A stretch of DNA of 37,464 nt from Octopus bimaculoides (Eukaryota): positions 84,456,523 to 84,493,986 of the forward strand of contig NC_068981.1 of NCBI RefSeq assembly GCF_001194135.2. The letters run 5' to 3'. The translations under genes were made by a program, and so were the position numbers. Position 1 is the first letter of the stretch; each line of letters starts with the position of its first letter. Below the pieces are notes generated by a model. The model ran no database searches. It was not told where the DNA came from and saw nothing but the letters and a program-made list of their open reading frames with translations. Below, one piece after another: positions 11,977 through 23,674 of the stretch.

Positions 11977-12194
11977 TTGTTTCAGTCATTGGACTGCTGC
12001 CATGCTGGGGCAATGAGTTAGATGATTTAATCGAGCAACTTAACCCTAACACTAATATGTTTTTGTTTCTGTTTTCAAGTCTTGTACTTATTCCATCGAT
12101 CTTATTGACAAACAGCTAAGTTACGGAGACATAAAAGAGATCAACATCGGTTGATTGGTGGGGGAGGGGAGAATAAAAACACAGGCACTCACAC
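11977..12194 (-). mobile_element. SINE family C, 3' half
   Basis: 'ttgtttcagtcattggactgctgccatgctgggg' tail, with internal 'gtacttattccatcg...gctaagttacggagac...catcggttg'. Confidence 0.65.
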
Positions 12195-12242
12195 ATAAAT
12201 GTCTATCTATCTTTCTATTTAGATCTATACCTATATGTATAT

Positions 12243-12422
12243 ATTCTTTTCTATTCTAGGCACAAGGCCCGAAATTTAGGGGGATGGGGCCAGTCGATTA
12301 GACCGACCTCAGTACGCAACTGGTACTTAATTTATCGACTCCGAAAGGATGAAAGGCAAAGTCGACCTCGGCGGAATTTGAACTCAGAACGTAAAGACAG
12401 ACGAAATACCGCTAAGCATTTC
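12243..12422 (-). mobile_element. SINE family A, young 5'-truncated copy with tail variant 2
   Basis: Well-preserved core 'gaaaggatgaaaggcaaagtcgacctcggcggaatttgaactcagaacg'. Tail on the minus strand is 'ccttgtgcctagaatagaaaaagaat'. Confidence 0.9.
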
Positions 12423-12571
12423 TCTCAGGTTAACTATGTCTTCAAATTTAGCCTCTCGAGGTTATTCAAGAAGTGAAAAAATTTCAGAATTGGGCAATAT
12501 TTATTTAAACATGGATGTGTTNNNNNNNNNNCTCTTACGTGTTTGTGTGTGTGTGAGTGCGCGCGCGCGTG

Positions 12572-12620
<49 letters not shown>

Positions 12621-12990
12621 ATGTATGTATGTATGGATCAATGGATGGATGGACGAGTGCCTGTGTGCGCGCGCGCGTTTATGCATAAGCATGTATTTGG
12701 AGATATAGAACACTTATGAAATAACCTTAAAACATACTATTACTGAATTTTCACTTCTATTAGAACAGTTATGCATTAAGCGTGCTATTTGATCCAGAAG
12801 TAGCTCTCATGTAATATTTAGTGAGATATAGCGACTTATGAGTATTTCCAAAATGAAATCTATATTCATGACATGTAGGCACGCGGTATTTTGTTATGCA
12901 ACCATAATGTACTATAAAGTATATTAAACACTTTTATAAGTCACTTTCCCGTTCTACTGTGTTAGCAGTGTGCTTTACATTACTTGTTAA

Positions 12991-13207
12991 GGCTATCTCT
13001 AGATACATTCTGTAGAAATTATAGCCAACACTGATATTTGTTACGACGTTTCGTATCCGAGACGTCAGATGTAAACAAACAATGATTAAAGACACCCATT
13101 ACGTTCCGATCACTTTGTTTGTCTTCATCTGACGTCTCCGATACGAAATGTCGTAACAAAAATCAGGCGCTGGCTATAATTTCTACAGACTATAGCTAGA
13201 GATGACC
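12991..13207. mobile_element. Fold-back MITE with long TIRs (possibly Kolobok-type)
   Basis: Arms about 12991-13085 and 13108-13207, e.g. tctgtagaaattatagcc/ggctataatttctacaga and ttgttacgacgtttcgtat/atacgaaatgtcgtaacaa. Flanks are TTAA|GG ... CC|TAAA. Confidence 0.7.
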
Positions 13208-13689
13208 TAAACGTCACATCTATATTGATCGCGAAATTTTCACGATCCGTTTATCACAATTTTCCTTTCATTTAAAAAAAAATCTATTATTTATTCATTC
13301 TTCTTTTTATATATTTTATTTATTTTACTTCCGTTGATATCTCTAGCCTCGATATACGGTTATTGCCTTCGTTTCATTTATATTTTAAATTTATGTTGCG
13401 CGAGAACATTGATTGCTGGTCATATTTAGATTGTACTGTGCAGGCTTCGGATGGTGTTTAAATGCTGTCTGCTCCAGCAGAAACAAAAAATGGTTACACT
13501 TTTCTCGATTGGAATAACTGTAGTAATTGCTTTATTGTAAGGTTTTCAACATCGGACATCAAAATGCACTTAGGTGAGAACTGGACTCAAAGCTTGTCTG
13601 ACATCTCTCCAGCTTTGCTAATTCCCTTATTTTCAATCTTTTTACATTTATATTTTCCTAATATTGACATAATGCTAGCAGTTTTGAGG

Positions 13690-13850
13690 AGAAGGGCAAC
13701 TCGATTACAGCGACAGTGGTAATTTACCACCCGAAAGGAACAAAAGCGAAGATCTACGTCAGCAAGATTTGAACACAGACCGTAGAAGAGGAACAAATGC
13801 CGCTAAGCCATTTATCCGACGCACTAACAACTCTGCTTTTTCACCGCCAT
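13690..13850 (-). mobile_element. SINE family A, old degenerate copy
   Basis: 'cccgaaagga', 'atttgaacacaga', 'gccgctaagc' and 'tcaccgcc'. Confidence 0.65.
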
Positions 13851-13877
13851 TAACGTCGATTGCATCGGCCGTAGCAC

Positions 13878-14006
13878 GTTATTTTATCGAGTCCCGATGG
13901 ATGAAAGGTGATGTTGACCTTGGTGGAATTTAAACTTAGACTGTAAAGATTAACTCTAAAGTATAAATATCCAGCTTTCTAACGATTCTGCCAGCTCGTC
14001 GTCTTA
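13878..14006 (-). mobile_element. SINE family A, partial copy
   Basis: 'ttttatcgagtcccgatggatgaaagg', 'gaatttaaacttaga' and 'aacgattctgccagctcg'. Confidence 0.7.
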
Positions 14007-14019
14007 TTTTGCATTCATA

Positions 14020-14226
14020 ATATTGGTTTCAAATTTTGGTACAAGGCCAGCAATTTCGCAGGAACGGAGTAGGTCGATTACATCGACCCCCAGTGCTCAT
14101 TTAGTACTTATGTTTTCGACCCCGAAAGGATGAAAGGCGAAGTCGACCCTCGGCGGTATTTGAACTTACAACGTCAGGCTGAACGAAATGCCACCAATCA
14201 TTTTGCCCGACATGCTTATCGATTCT
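14020..14226 (-). mobile_element. SINE family A, tail variant 1
   Basis: 'atattggtttcaaattttggtacaaggcc' tail and core 'cgaccccgaaaggatgaaaggcgaagtcgac'. Confidence 0.85.
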
Positions 14227-14227
14227 T

Positions 14228-14426
14228 ATTTCTTTACTGCCCACAAGGGGCTACACACAGAGGGGACAAACAAGGACAGACACATGGATTAAGTCGATTA
14301 TATCGATCTCAGTATGTAACTGGTACTTAATCGACGGCGGAATTTGAACTCAGAACGTAGCGGCAGACGAAATACCGCTAAGCATTTCGCCCGGTGTGCT
14401 AACATTTCAGCCAGCTCACCGCCTTA
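14228..14426 (-). mobile_element. SINE family A, tail variant 3, internal deletion
   Basis: Intact head ('taaggcggtgagctggctgaaatgttagcacaccgggcgaaatgcttagcgg' on minus) and B box. Different tail 'ctttactgcccacaaggggct'. The core is deleted. Confidence 0.85.
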
Positions 14427-14597
14427 CTTTTTACATTCATAATATTAATATTCATGTTCTTCTAACTGATGGAATATAAGTTATCTTTCGTATATATACA
14501 CCGACATTTCAGCATGTTGAATATCAAAGACACACATGCACACACGCATACATGTGTATGTACATGTGTGTTGTGTGTGTGTGTATACATACGTACA

Positions 14598-14660
<63 letters not shown>

Positions 14661-16785
14661 TAATATATCAAATACCCTGTCTGTGTGTGTGTCCTCAATG
14701 CTCGCTCAAACCTCTGGATCAATCTGTACTATACTTGGGGTACATAAATAATTTGACTTTGGAAAGAATAATACGGTCTTGAATTTTTTTATTAAGAATA
14801 AGTAATATTGCTCTATATATAAAGATTCACTTCTTCAAATCTTTTTCTCAACTTCCTGTGTTTGAACTTCCTGTCTTTGGCGTCCTAACCTTTATAAGTC
14901 AACAGTTGTCCCCTTTTTATGCTGAAGTCTTTATGTTTAGAATTAGTTACATATTCCCGGCCTGTCGCCGTAAACTCTTTATAAATTGTTGGTCATGTAT
15001 AAATCTATGCTCATGTATTGTAAGCAGTTGTCTGAATAATCAGTGAGGCGATCTTTGGAACGTGTTACTTAGCTGTGTTATATTCAATGTAACAGACTCG
15101 AAACAATAGTGGTTAATATATCTTAAATACCGTTGGTTTCTGCTATTTTCTGACGCCACTTTACTATCAGACATTGATTCATCTCATTCAATAAGTTGGA
15201 CGAAGGAAAATATAAATTAGAATACAATTTAGTAGACTGATATAAGAAACAAAGTAGAAAAACGTTTTATGTAAACTTTGTTTCTGAAACCAACTGAAAA
15301 GCTGATATGACAAGACCTGTGCTACGAACGGTAGTATTACCATAATAATTGTTTAGAAAATAGAACCCAAGACTTCTTTATTGTTTGATAGTGAATGTAT
15401 GTACGTATATATGTATGCATATGTGTTTAGTGGATGCAAGCTAAAAATAACTGGTTTGCCTATATGCTTTTTTTGAGTTTATTACTTGTCTATGACCTTG
15501 TGGTGAAAATTATTGAGCGTAGACGTAGCGTTCTATTTAAGACGGAAAATAGAATTTCTTAGATACCACCTCATTAATGGAGATTATGGGTTTCGTTTTA
15601 TGCTAGAGGTGCGGCAGTTAAGTACTTTGATAAAAGAGACATGACATGCTAACAGATTTATGAAGCTTTATTTTGATTCCCTGATTACGTAAGTACCTAT
15701 TTGTGCATCTTGTGAAAGTAATAAATCTAAAGGTTCTGAAGAAAAGTAACCTACACCATAGAGGCCAAAGTTGAGTTATTTTTTCAGGGAGATTGAAATG
15801 TTCACCGCATTTGACAGCGTTAGCACACCAAATCTGAGGAACATCTTTGGAGATGAAAGGGGGCGCTTTGCAGGTGTGTGATTGACTTTCTACAAAGCAG
15901 TTTCTCGTAAGGTTTCAGAAAACGTGAGAAAATGCAAATGATTTTTTTCTTTCTTTTATAAATTGTAATTTATTTCTGCATCAGGGTCCCATATTTCATT
16001 AGTTTGCCTGAAACACACTGCGGATTTTATCCACTCAATTACAAGCAACGAGAGGAAGCTGACGTAAATGAGAAATTAAACGTGAGTAACATTTTAAAGA
16101 GACGAATAGAGAAAAAAAGTAACATTTGTTTAACGTCTGTTTAATTTTGTTGTCAACTTCTGAATTGTTAGAAAACAGCTACTTTTAAATCCATTCCTCT
16201 TTGGGCGCTTGTTTCGAGGCTGCTCTGTGTTTTTAAACAATCTAATGTATGTTGCTCAAGAGCAAGAGTACCGTGCGGAGGAGTAAATAGAATATTTAAG
16301 TAAATATAAAATTTTAATTGTAAATTAAGCAATACAGCAAAGTATCATTGCCTTTGACAACGCACATGCTCAAAGTTTGTTGTAAATTAGCTGCTTTTGT
16401 ATTTGATATAGTGAAACAAGACATTCTTATTTATTAAAATTACACCTTTAATGACGAGGATAAATCATTATCTAAATGGTAATTACTGGCCACAAAATGC
16501 AGAAGTGACAACAACAGAATATTAATTGATTAAGATCCTTTAATTAAAGAAACTCGTATTAAGTGAGTATGGTTTTAACAGTACAGTAAGAACGCCGCAC
16601 AAATTTCGCCATGAACCTCACCAATAATATAGACATTAATGTGCCTGACATATTTTAGAAAGACTAGGGATAAGTATAAGCTTTCATGAACAATTACAGT
16701 GTGACGTAACAAACATACAAGAATGTCTATGGAAAATAACATGAACGCCTGCTACATCAATATTTAGTATTACCTAGTATAAATT

Positions 16786-17007
16786 AGGGCAGGGAGCTGG
16801 TAGAATAATTAGCACACCTGGCAAAATGCTTATAGCGGCATTTTTTCTGTCGTAACATTCTGAGTTCAAATTTCATCGAAATTGACTTGGCCTTTCATTC
16901 TTTCAGAATCGACAAAATAAGTACGAATTGAGCATTGGTTCGATTTAATCGACTTATCCCCTCTAAAAAAACTTGCTGACCTTGTGCCACAATTCGAAAC
17001 CAATATT
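16786..17007 (+). mobile_element. SINE family A, full length, tail variant 1
   Basis: A box 'gagctggtagaat', B box 'gagttcaaatt', core 'gcctttcattctttc', tail 'ccttgtgccacaattcgaaaccaatatt'. Confidence 0.85.
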
Positions 17008-17737
17008 AAATTGCATACATGATGTCAAAAGTAGGGAATTTTGATTAAGTAAAATTACACTCTCAAGGATGACATCTATCTTTATCTAAATGACAAACAC
17101 TGATTCAAAAAATGCAGAAGGAACAACCCTGCAATTTTAACTAACTACAATTAATCAATCATTAAAATGCGATGGGGCATGCATCTGATCTTCCTGAATG
17201 TAGTGTAAGAATTCTAGTCATGTTTCAGTCTTTGTAGGACTCTTCAGGAAGCATAGTCTAACGGTATCAGAATACGCGTATATACTTTTTTGGTCTTGGA
17301 TGAATGGTGTAATTGCATCAACTGCGTTACATAATATTGATGTTGGTATTTAATCACAAACATTACGTCATTTCAATTAACAAACGATTGCTTGTTTCTG
17401 AAAAAGCTCTTCTCGACCTGATCTGCTTAAAATACCAGCTAAATATGTTTTAAAGCACATCTTACCATCTCAATAACAGAAGGATATATTGCATAATGTA
17501 ATCCTAGATATGTTTCTGACACATGATAGAATGATCAACGATAATAAACCTTTCATAAGGTTTTAGCGAGAATAAATAATTGCTTGGTTTATGCAACTAA
17601 TTTGGTTATTTTAATGCCTTTATGCTGTTTTAATGGCCTAATGCAACTAAAACATCAAACTGAAGAGACTAGTACGACAAAATAAAAAAATTTAAAAAAA
17701 AAACGTTAAAATCACTATAATCTTACCATAAGTGTTT

Positions 17738-17958
17738 AAGGTGACCAGCTGGCAGAATCATTTGCATGCCGATCAAAATGCTTAGCGGCATTTCGTCCGT
17801 CCTCACAATCTGAGTTCAAATTCTGCAGAGGTCGACTCTGCCATTCATCCTTTCAGAGTCGATAAAATGAGTAGCAGATGAGCACTGGGAGTAGATGTAA
17901 TCGACTTACCCCATCCCCACGAAATTGCTGGCCGTGTGTCAAATTTTGAAATCAATAT
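17738..17958 (+). mobile_element. SINE family A, full length, tail variant 1
   Basis: 'agctggcagaatc', 'gagttcaaatt', 'gaggtcgactctgccattcatcctttcagagtcgataaaatgagta' and the tail 'tttgaaatcaatat'. Confidence 0.88.
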
Positions 17959-19172
17959 AATGCAGGTTCTCGAAAAGATTTTATGGAAAAAGTGATCTCA
18001 GAAAATGCTTCGTTATGAGAATTTCAAGTTATTTCCATAATCTTAAATAATTCTTCTGATTTCTTCCATAATATATAAACATAATTAGTACTTCATATAT
18101 TACTTAAGTATCTAAATCCAAAGATAACGAAAAACAAGAGACAAGGAGATATTTTTCATTCAGTGCCTGAGGTGTTGCAAATTATGAGAATATTCCTTTT
18201 TAAAGGAAGATCAAACATAGAGAGACGAAACGTACCTATTAGAAAATATTTATACCCTTGATTAAAGTCTGATAGTGCGATAACAGAGATTAACAGTAAC
18301 GATAATCAGATGACTAGATTTAAAGATAATCAGTGTGTGTGTGTATGTGTGGGTATGTGACCGGTGCCTTTTGTTTGTATACTTACTCAATCATTTCTAA
18401 GTTTAACTGAGTTTGGTTATCTTCGCTGATGAGTTCTAAGAAGATTAGAACATGCGCTTTAGTTTTGCAAATTGCCTTTCCAAAGAAGGTACATTCCTTA
18501 ATGCATTGCATGTTTATACACCAGAGAATTGATCTCCATTCTTTGTTGTTTTTAGACTTACTTGCAAAAACATATTCAGTTAAGTTGTTCGACTGATATA
18601 TGAGAGCCTGNNNNNNNNNNNNNNNNNNNNNNNNNNNNNNNNNNNNNNNNNNNNNNNNNNNNNNNNNNNNNNNNNNNNNNNNNNNNNNNNNNNNNNNNNN
18701 NNNNNNNNNNNNNNNNNNNNNNNNNNNNNNNNNNNNNNNNNNNNNNNNNNNNNNNNNNNNNNNNNNNNNNNNNNNNNNNNNNNNNNNNNNNNNNNNNNNN
18801 NNNNNNNNNNNNNNNNNNNNNNNNNNNNNNNNNNNNNNNNNNNNNNNNNNNNNNNNNNNNNNNNNNNNNNNNNNNNNNNNNNNNNNNNNNNNNNNNNNNN
18901 NNNNNNNNNNNNNNNNNNNNNNNNNNNNNNNNNNNNNNNNNNNNNNNNNNNNNNNNNNNNNNNNNNNNNNNNNNNNNNNNNNNNNNNNNNNNNNNNNNNN
19001 NNNNNNNNNNNNNNNNNNNNNNNNNNNNNNNNNNNNNNNNNNNNNNNNNNNNNNNNNNNNNNNNNNNNNNNNNNNNNNNNNNNNNNNNNNNNNNNNNNNN
19101 NNNNNNATATATATATGTATATATGTTGTATTTGCGGATGGTCATGTTGCCAGTTTAGCCAATAAATAAATA

Positions 19173-19220
<48 letters not shown>

Positions 19221-19810
19221 TTGCTAAATTCTAGGTGTCGTTTCGCTAATCACCTCCGTTTCAATTGCAGAGAGTTTTCGGACCTGGAACTTTTATTTCC
19301 GCTTTATGAGTGGTACCTTGTATTTGGGTTCAAAATTCTGGAAAAGGTTCTTTGAAGAATAGTGGCGTTGATTTAAAACAGACGATTGTTACTGATTACG
19401 TACGCATGCACACACATACACACACTCAAACACACCTACAGCCATACACACACACACACATATATATGTACATAGGTATATGTAAATATATATAAAGATA
19501 CATTCATACATACATACATACATACAAACATGCATAGAGAGATGCGAATATGCGCAATCATACACACATACATATATATGTATATGTAAATACATATTTT
19601 TGTATACATAACTAAATGAATAGATATTCGAATATATTTATATAGATACTATTATTATTAATCATAATCAATAGTAAAATGAATAATAATAACAATAAAA
19701 GCCGATAAATGGCAAATCCAAAATTTTATAATCAATTTACAATTATAATAGCGTACATGCGGGGCCAGCAATACTTTGAAAATCAGAATCAAAAACTCAC
19801 CCAAGAAAAT

Positions 19811-19929
19811 CACCAATCACTGGGAAAATAACAAGCACACCAGAAATCGGGCTATGAGAAAAATAATTAACTCACCATCTCGGCGGAGCCCGATTTCTTT
19901 TGTCCTTGATATTTTTCCTGTGATTGGTG
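19811..19929. repeat. Imperfect inverted repeat (43-bp stem, 33-nt loop)
   Basis: 19811-19853 pairs with 19887-19929 without gaps, with 5 mismatches and 1 G-U by manual alignment. Confidence 0.9.
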
Positions 19930-20010
19930 GGTTTTTTGGAGGACTATCGGACTCTGGTTGTCACAACAATGCTGGCACCACGTGTGCCTTACTATAATTA
20001 TGTATGTATG

Positions 20011-20055
<45 letters not shown>

Positions 20056-21600
20056 NNNNNNNNNNNNNNNNNNNNNNNNNNNNNNNNNNNNNNNNNNNNN
20101 NNNNNNNNNNNNNNNNNNNNNNNNNNNNNNNNNNNNNNNNNNNNNNNNNNNNNNNNNNNNNNNNNNNNNNNNNNNNNNNNNNNNNNNNNNNNNNNNNNNN
20201 NNNNNNNNNNNNNNNNNNNNNNNNNNNNNNNNNNNNNNNNNNNNNNNNNNNNNNNNNNNNNNNNNNNNNNNNNNNNNNNNNNNNNNNNNNNNNNNNNNNN
20301 NNNNNNNNNNNNNNNNNNNNNNNNNNNNNNNNNNNNNNNNNNNNNNNNNNNNNNNNNNNNNNNNNNNNNNNNNNNNNNNNNNNNNNNNNNNNNNNNNNNN
20401 NNNNNNNNNNNNNNNNNNNNNNNNNNNNNNNNNNNNNNNNNNNNNNNNNNNNNNNNNNNNNNNNNNNNNNNNNNNNNNNNNNNNNNNNNNNNNNNNNNNN
20501 NNNNNNNNNNNNNNNNNNNNNNNNNNNNNNNNNNNNNNNNNNNNNNNNNNNNNNNNNNNNNNNNNNNNNNNNNNNNNNNNNNNNNNNNNNNNNNNNNNNN
20601 NNNNNNNNNNNNNNNNNNNNNNNNNNNNNNNNNNNNTATATATATATATATATATATATGCATGTATATATATTTATGTTTGTGTGCGTCTCTGTGTGTA
20701 TTGAGCGTGAGTCACCAATTTGTGAGATGAAACAGGTACAAGGATTTTCACTCGATCCATAAGCGTGAACTTTTGTTATTTTAGCTAATCATCATGCATT
20801 CATTGATAATATGTTTATAGCGCGCAAGAAAAAAAATGAAAGAAAAAGCACCGCAGTTATTCTGATCAAATTACCTTGAAGACAAACTTTTTACAAGAGT
20901 AAAGGTATTGTGAAACAAACTAAGGTTTTAGAAAATGTCAATGGGTAAATATGCTGTTTCCATGGAGATGGATGTTTAGCTTCCACTTGTAGGCGGAGAT
21001 TTTATTTAGAGCACCTTATGATGGGCAAAGTAGAATAAAATACAAAGAAACCTCCCGCCATCGCAAACAAATAACTTTGATTCTATAGATATTATATTTA
21101 AGGGTTGTGGGACAGAAAAATTGAAACGCACGATGTATTCGCTTTGCTACCTTCCATTTAAATTCACTTAACGTCGAAACTTTTGATAAATGCTTCAGCA
21201 ACAAACAAAAATATAAAAATAAAATAAATGAAGAAAAGTATTATAAGTTTTAAAAAATTATATAAAATACACACTGGTCAGCTGTCCATTTAAAGTTAAA
21301 AATCTACTTTCAAACTAAAATCGCTTGCTGTTCCCCAGTGCCAAAAATAAAAAGCGATAATGTGTGCGTGTGTATGTGTGTGTGTGTTTATATGTATATA
21401 TATATACATATACATATACATACACATACGTACACACGTATATATATATATATATATATACTTCCCTACACACACACACATACACACACACACATACACA
21501 CACACACACATATATATATATGTATATGCATATATATGTATATATATTTACATACATACATACACACGCATATACATACTGATATATATATTATATATAG

Positions 21601-21697
<97 letters not shown>

Positions 21698-22289
21698 TAT
21701 TGTCTTCATCTTTTGTTTTCATCTTATTACATTCAGTTGCCATTAACTAGCCAAGTGGCTAACTGGCAGAAGAGCAGAGGCCATTATTAAAGTTTAGAAA
21801 CAACCGCACTAATCAAAGAAAATATCACTTTTAAAGTTTGTTTTCACTTGGTTAAACCTGCTCTCTGTCCTTGCCTAACGTTGCCAGTTGTTTTTAGAGT
21901 GCCAACATCACTTAAACCAGCAACACCACCAACAACAAGAACAACAACAACAGTAACCAGGACAGAAACAAGCAATAATAACAAAAGCACAACAGCAATC
22001 TCATATTTTCAAACACCTCATCATTCGTCCTCTCACACATCACCTTCCCTTTGTCATGTTTGTCTCTCAGCACAAAATGGCGGATTCGTTGTTGGTGGCA
22101 TGGTGATAGCACGTAGTCATGTTATTCTTTACAGCATTATTCTAACAAAACAAAAGAGGAATCGGCATGAGAGGGGGGCTTTCTTTCCTCGGCTGCCTTG
22201 CCACACAATCACAGAGTAACCGAAACAATAACATTCATGCCCTCACCATCACTACCACTAAGAGCAGCCATATTGAATATGGGCATCAT

Positions 22290-22960
22290 ATCATGTTCGA
22301 CACTGCGACCACCGCCACCACTATCAACACAATTATCACCACGATCAGTACCAGTGAAACTACCATCACCACCGCAAACACCGCAACCACCACCACCACC
22401 ACCACCAATACCGCCACCNNNNNNNNNNNNNNNNNNNNNNNNNNNNNNNNNNNNNNNNNNNNNNNNNNNNNNNNNNNNNNNNNNNNNNNNNNNNNNNNNN
22501 NNNNNNNNNNNNNNNNNNNNNNNNNNNNNNNNNNNNNNNNNNNNNNNNNNNNNNNNNNNNNNNNNNNNNNNNNNNNNNNNNNNNNNNNNNNNNNNNNNNN
22601 NNNNNNNNNNNNNNNNNNNNNNNNNNNNNNNNNNNNNNNNNNNNNNNNNNNNNNNNNNNNNNNNNNNNNNNNNNNNNNNNNNNNNNNNNNNNNNNNNNNN
22701 NNNNNNGCAACCATCAATACCAGTGACACGACCATCACCACTGCAACAACAAGAACCACAACCACCATCACCACCACAGCCACCACCACCACCACCACCA
22801 CCATCACCACCACAGCCACCACCACCACCACAGCCACCACCACAACCACCATCACCATTACCACATACATCATCACCTACGCCACCACCACAACCGAAGG
22901 TACCACCACCACCACCACCACCACCAGCACAGCCGAAAGTCACGAACAACAACAACAATA
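22290..22960. repeat. Degenerate (ACC)n trinucleotide tract spanning a gap
   Basis: Read directly. Explains the poly-Thr/Pro/Gly/Val ORFs at 22167-23045. Confidence 0.9.
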
Positions 22961-23391
22961 CAAAATTCACTCCCACCAAAAATCACCGCTTACTCCCACA
23001 AAATCTTCCGCCAACAAGATAAGCATAACCGGCAGAAAACGATAGCGACAGCAGATAAAATGAATTTAAATTAAAGAAAATTTCTCATAGGAGGCATTGT
23101 TCAAATATTTGCTATATTTGATTCAATATTGATTCTTGAAACTTATTTGATTATCGATTATAGATTATTAATATTCGCTATTGTATTCAACTTGGTTTCA
23201 AGATGTATATGCGTGAACGTAATATATTAAACCACACATTCAATATAATACATATATTTAATATATTATATGCATATAATATAAATATATATATGCATGC
23301 AGATTTATATATAATTGTGTGCATGCGTGTATGTTTGTATGTATATATGTGCGTGTGAGTGTGTGTGTGCATGAGTGTGTATATATGTATG

Positions 23392-23434
<43 letters not shown>

Positions 23435-23630
23435 ATGTATGTGTATATATATGTATGTGTATATATGTGTATATATATATGTATGTGTGTATATATATAT
23501 ATATACATATATATATATACATAGACACACACGCACGCATATATATATACATAGACGCACTTATGCATGCTCATGTACATACATATCCACAGTCACAGAG
23601 ATACATGCATGCTTATATGGTACGCATATT

Positions 23631-23674
<44 letters not shown>

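Noticed and set aside
13040-13075. CTGACG...GAAACGTC on the minus strand of the MITE arm, resembling a hammerhead
   Set aside because: Lacks A9 and a pairable stem II, and stem I is out of register; probably coincidental.
16786-16890. tRNA gene (A and B boxes)
   Set aside because: No cloverleaf; it is the head of a multicopy SINE.
18426-18451. CTGATGA plus a 7-bp hairpin GTTCTAA/TTAGAAC
   Set aside because: Followed by ATGC rather than GAAA, so the catalytic core is incomplete.
22167-23045. Mucin-like Thr-rich, Pro-rich and Gly-rich ORFs
   Set aside because: An ACC repeat plus an N gap keeps several frames open on both strands; no domain evidence.
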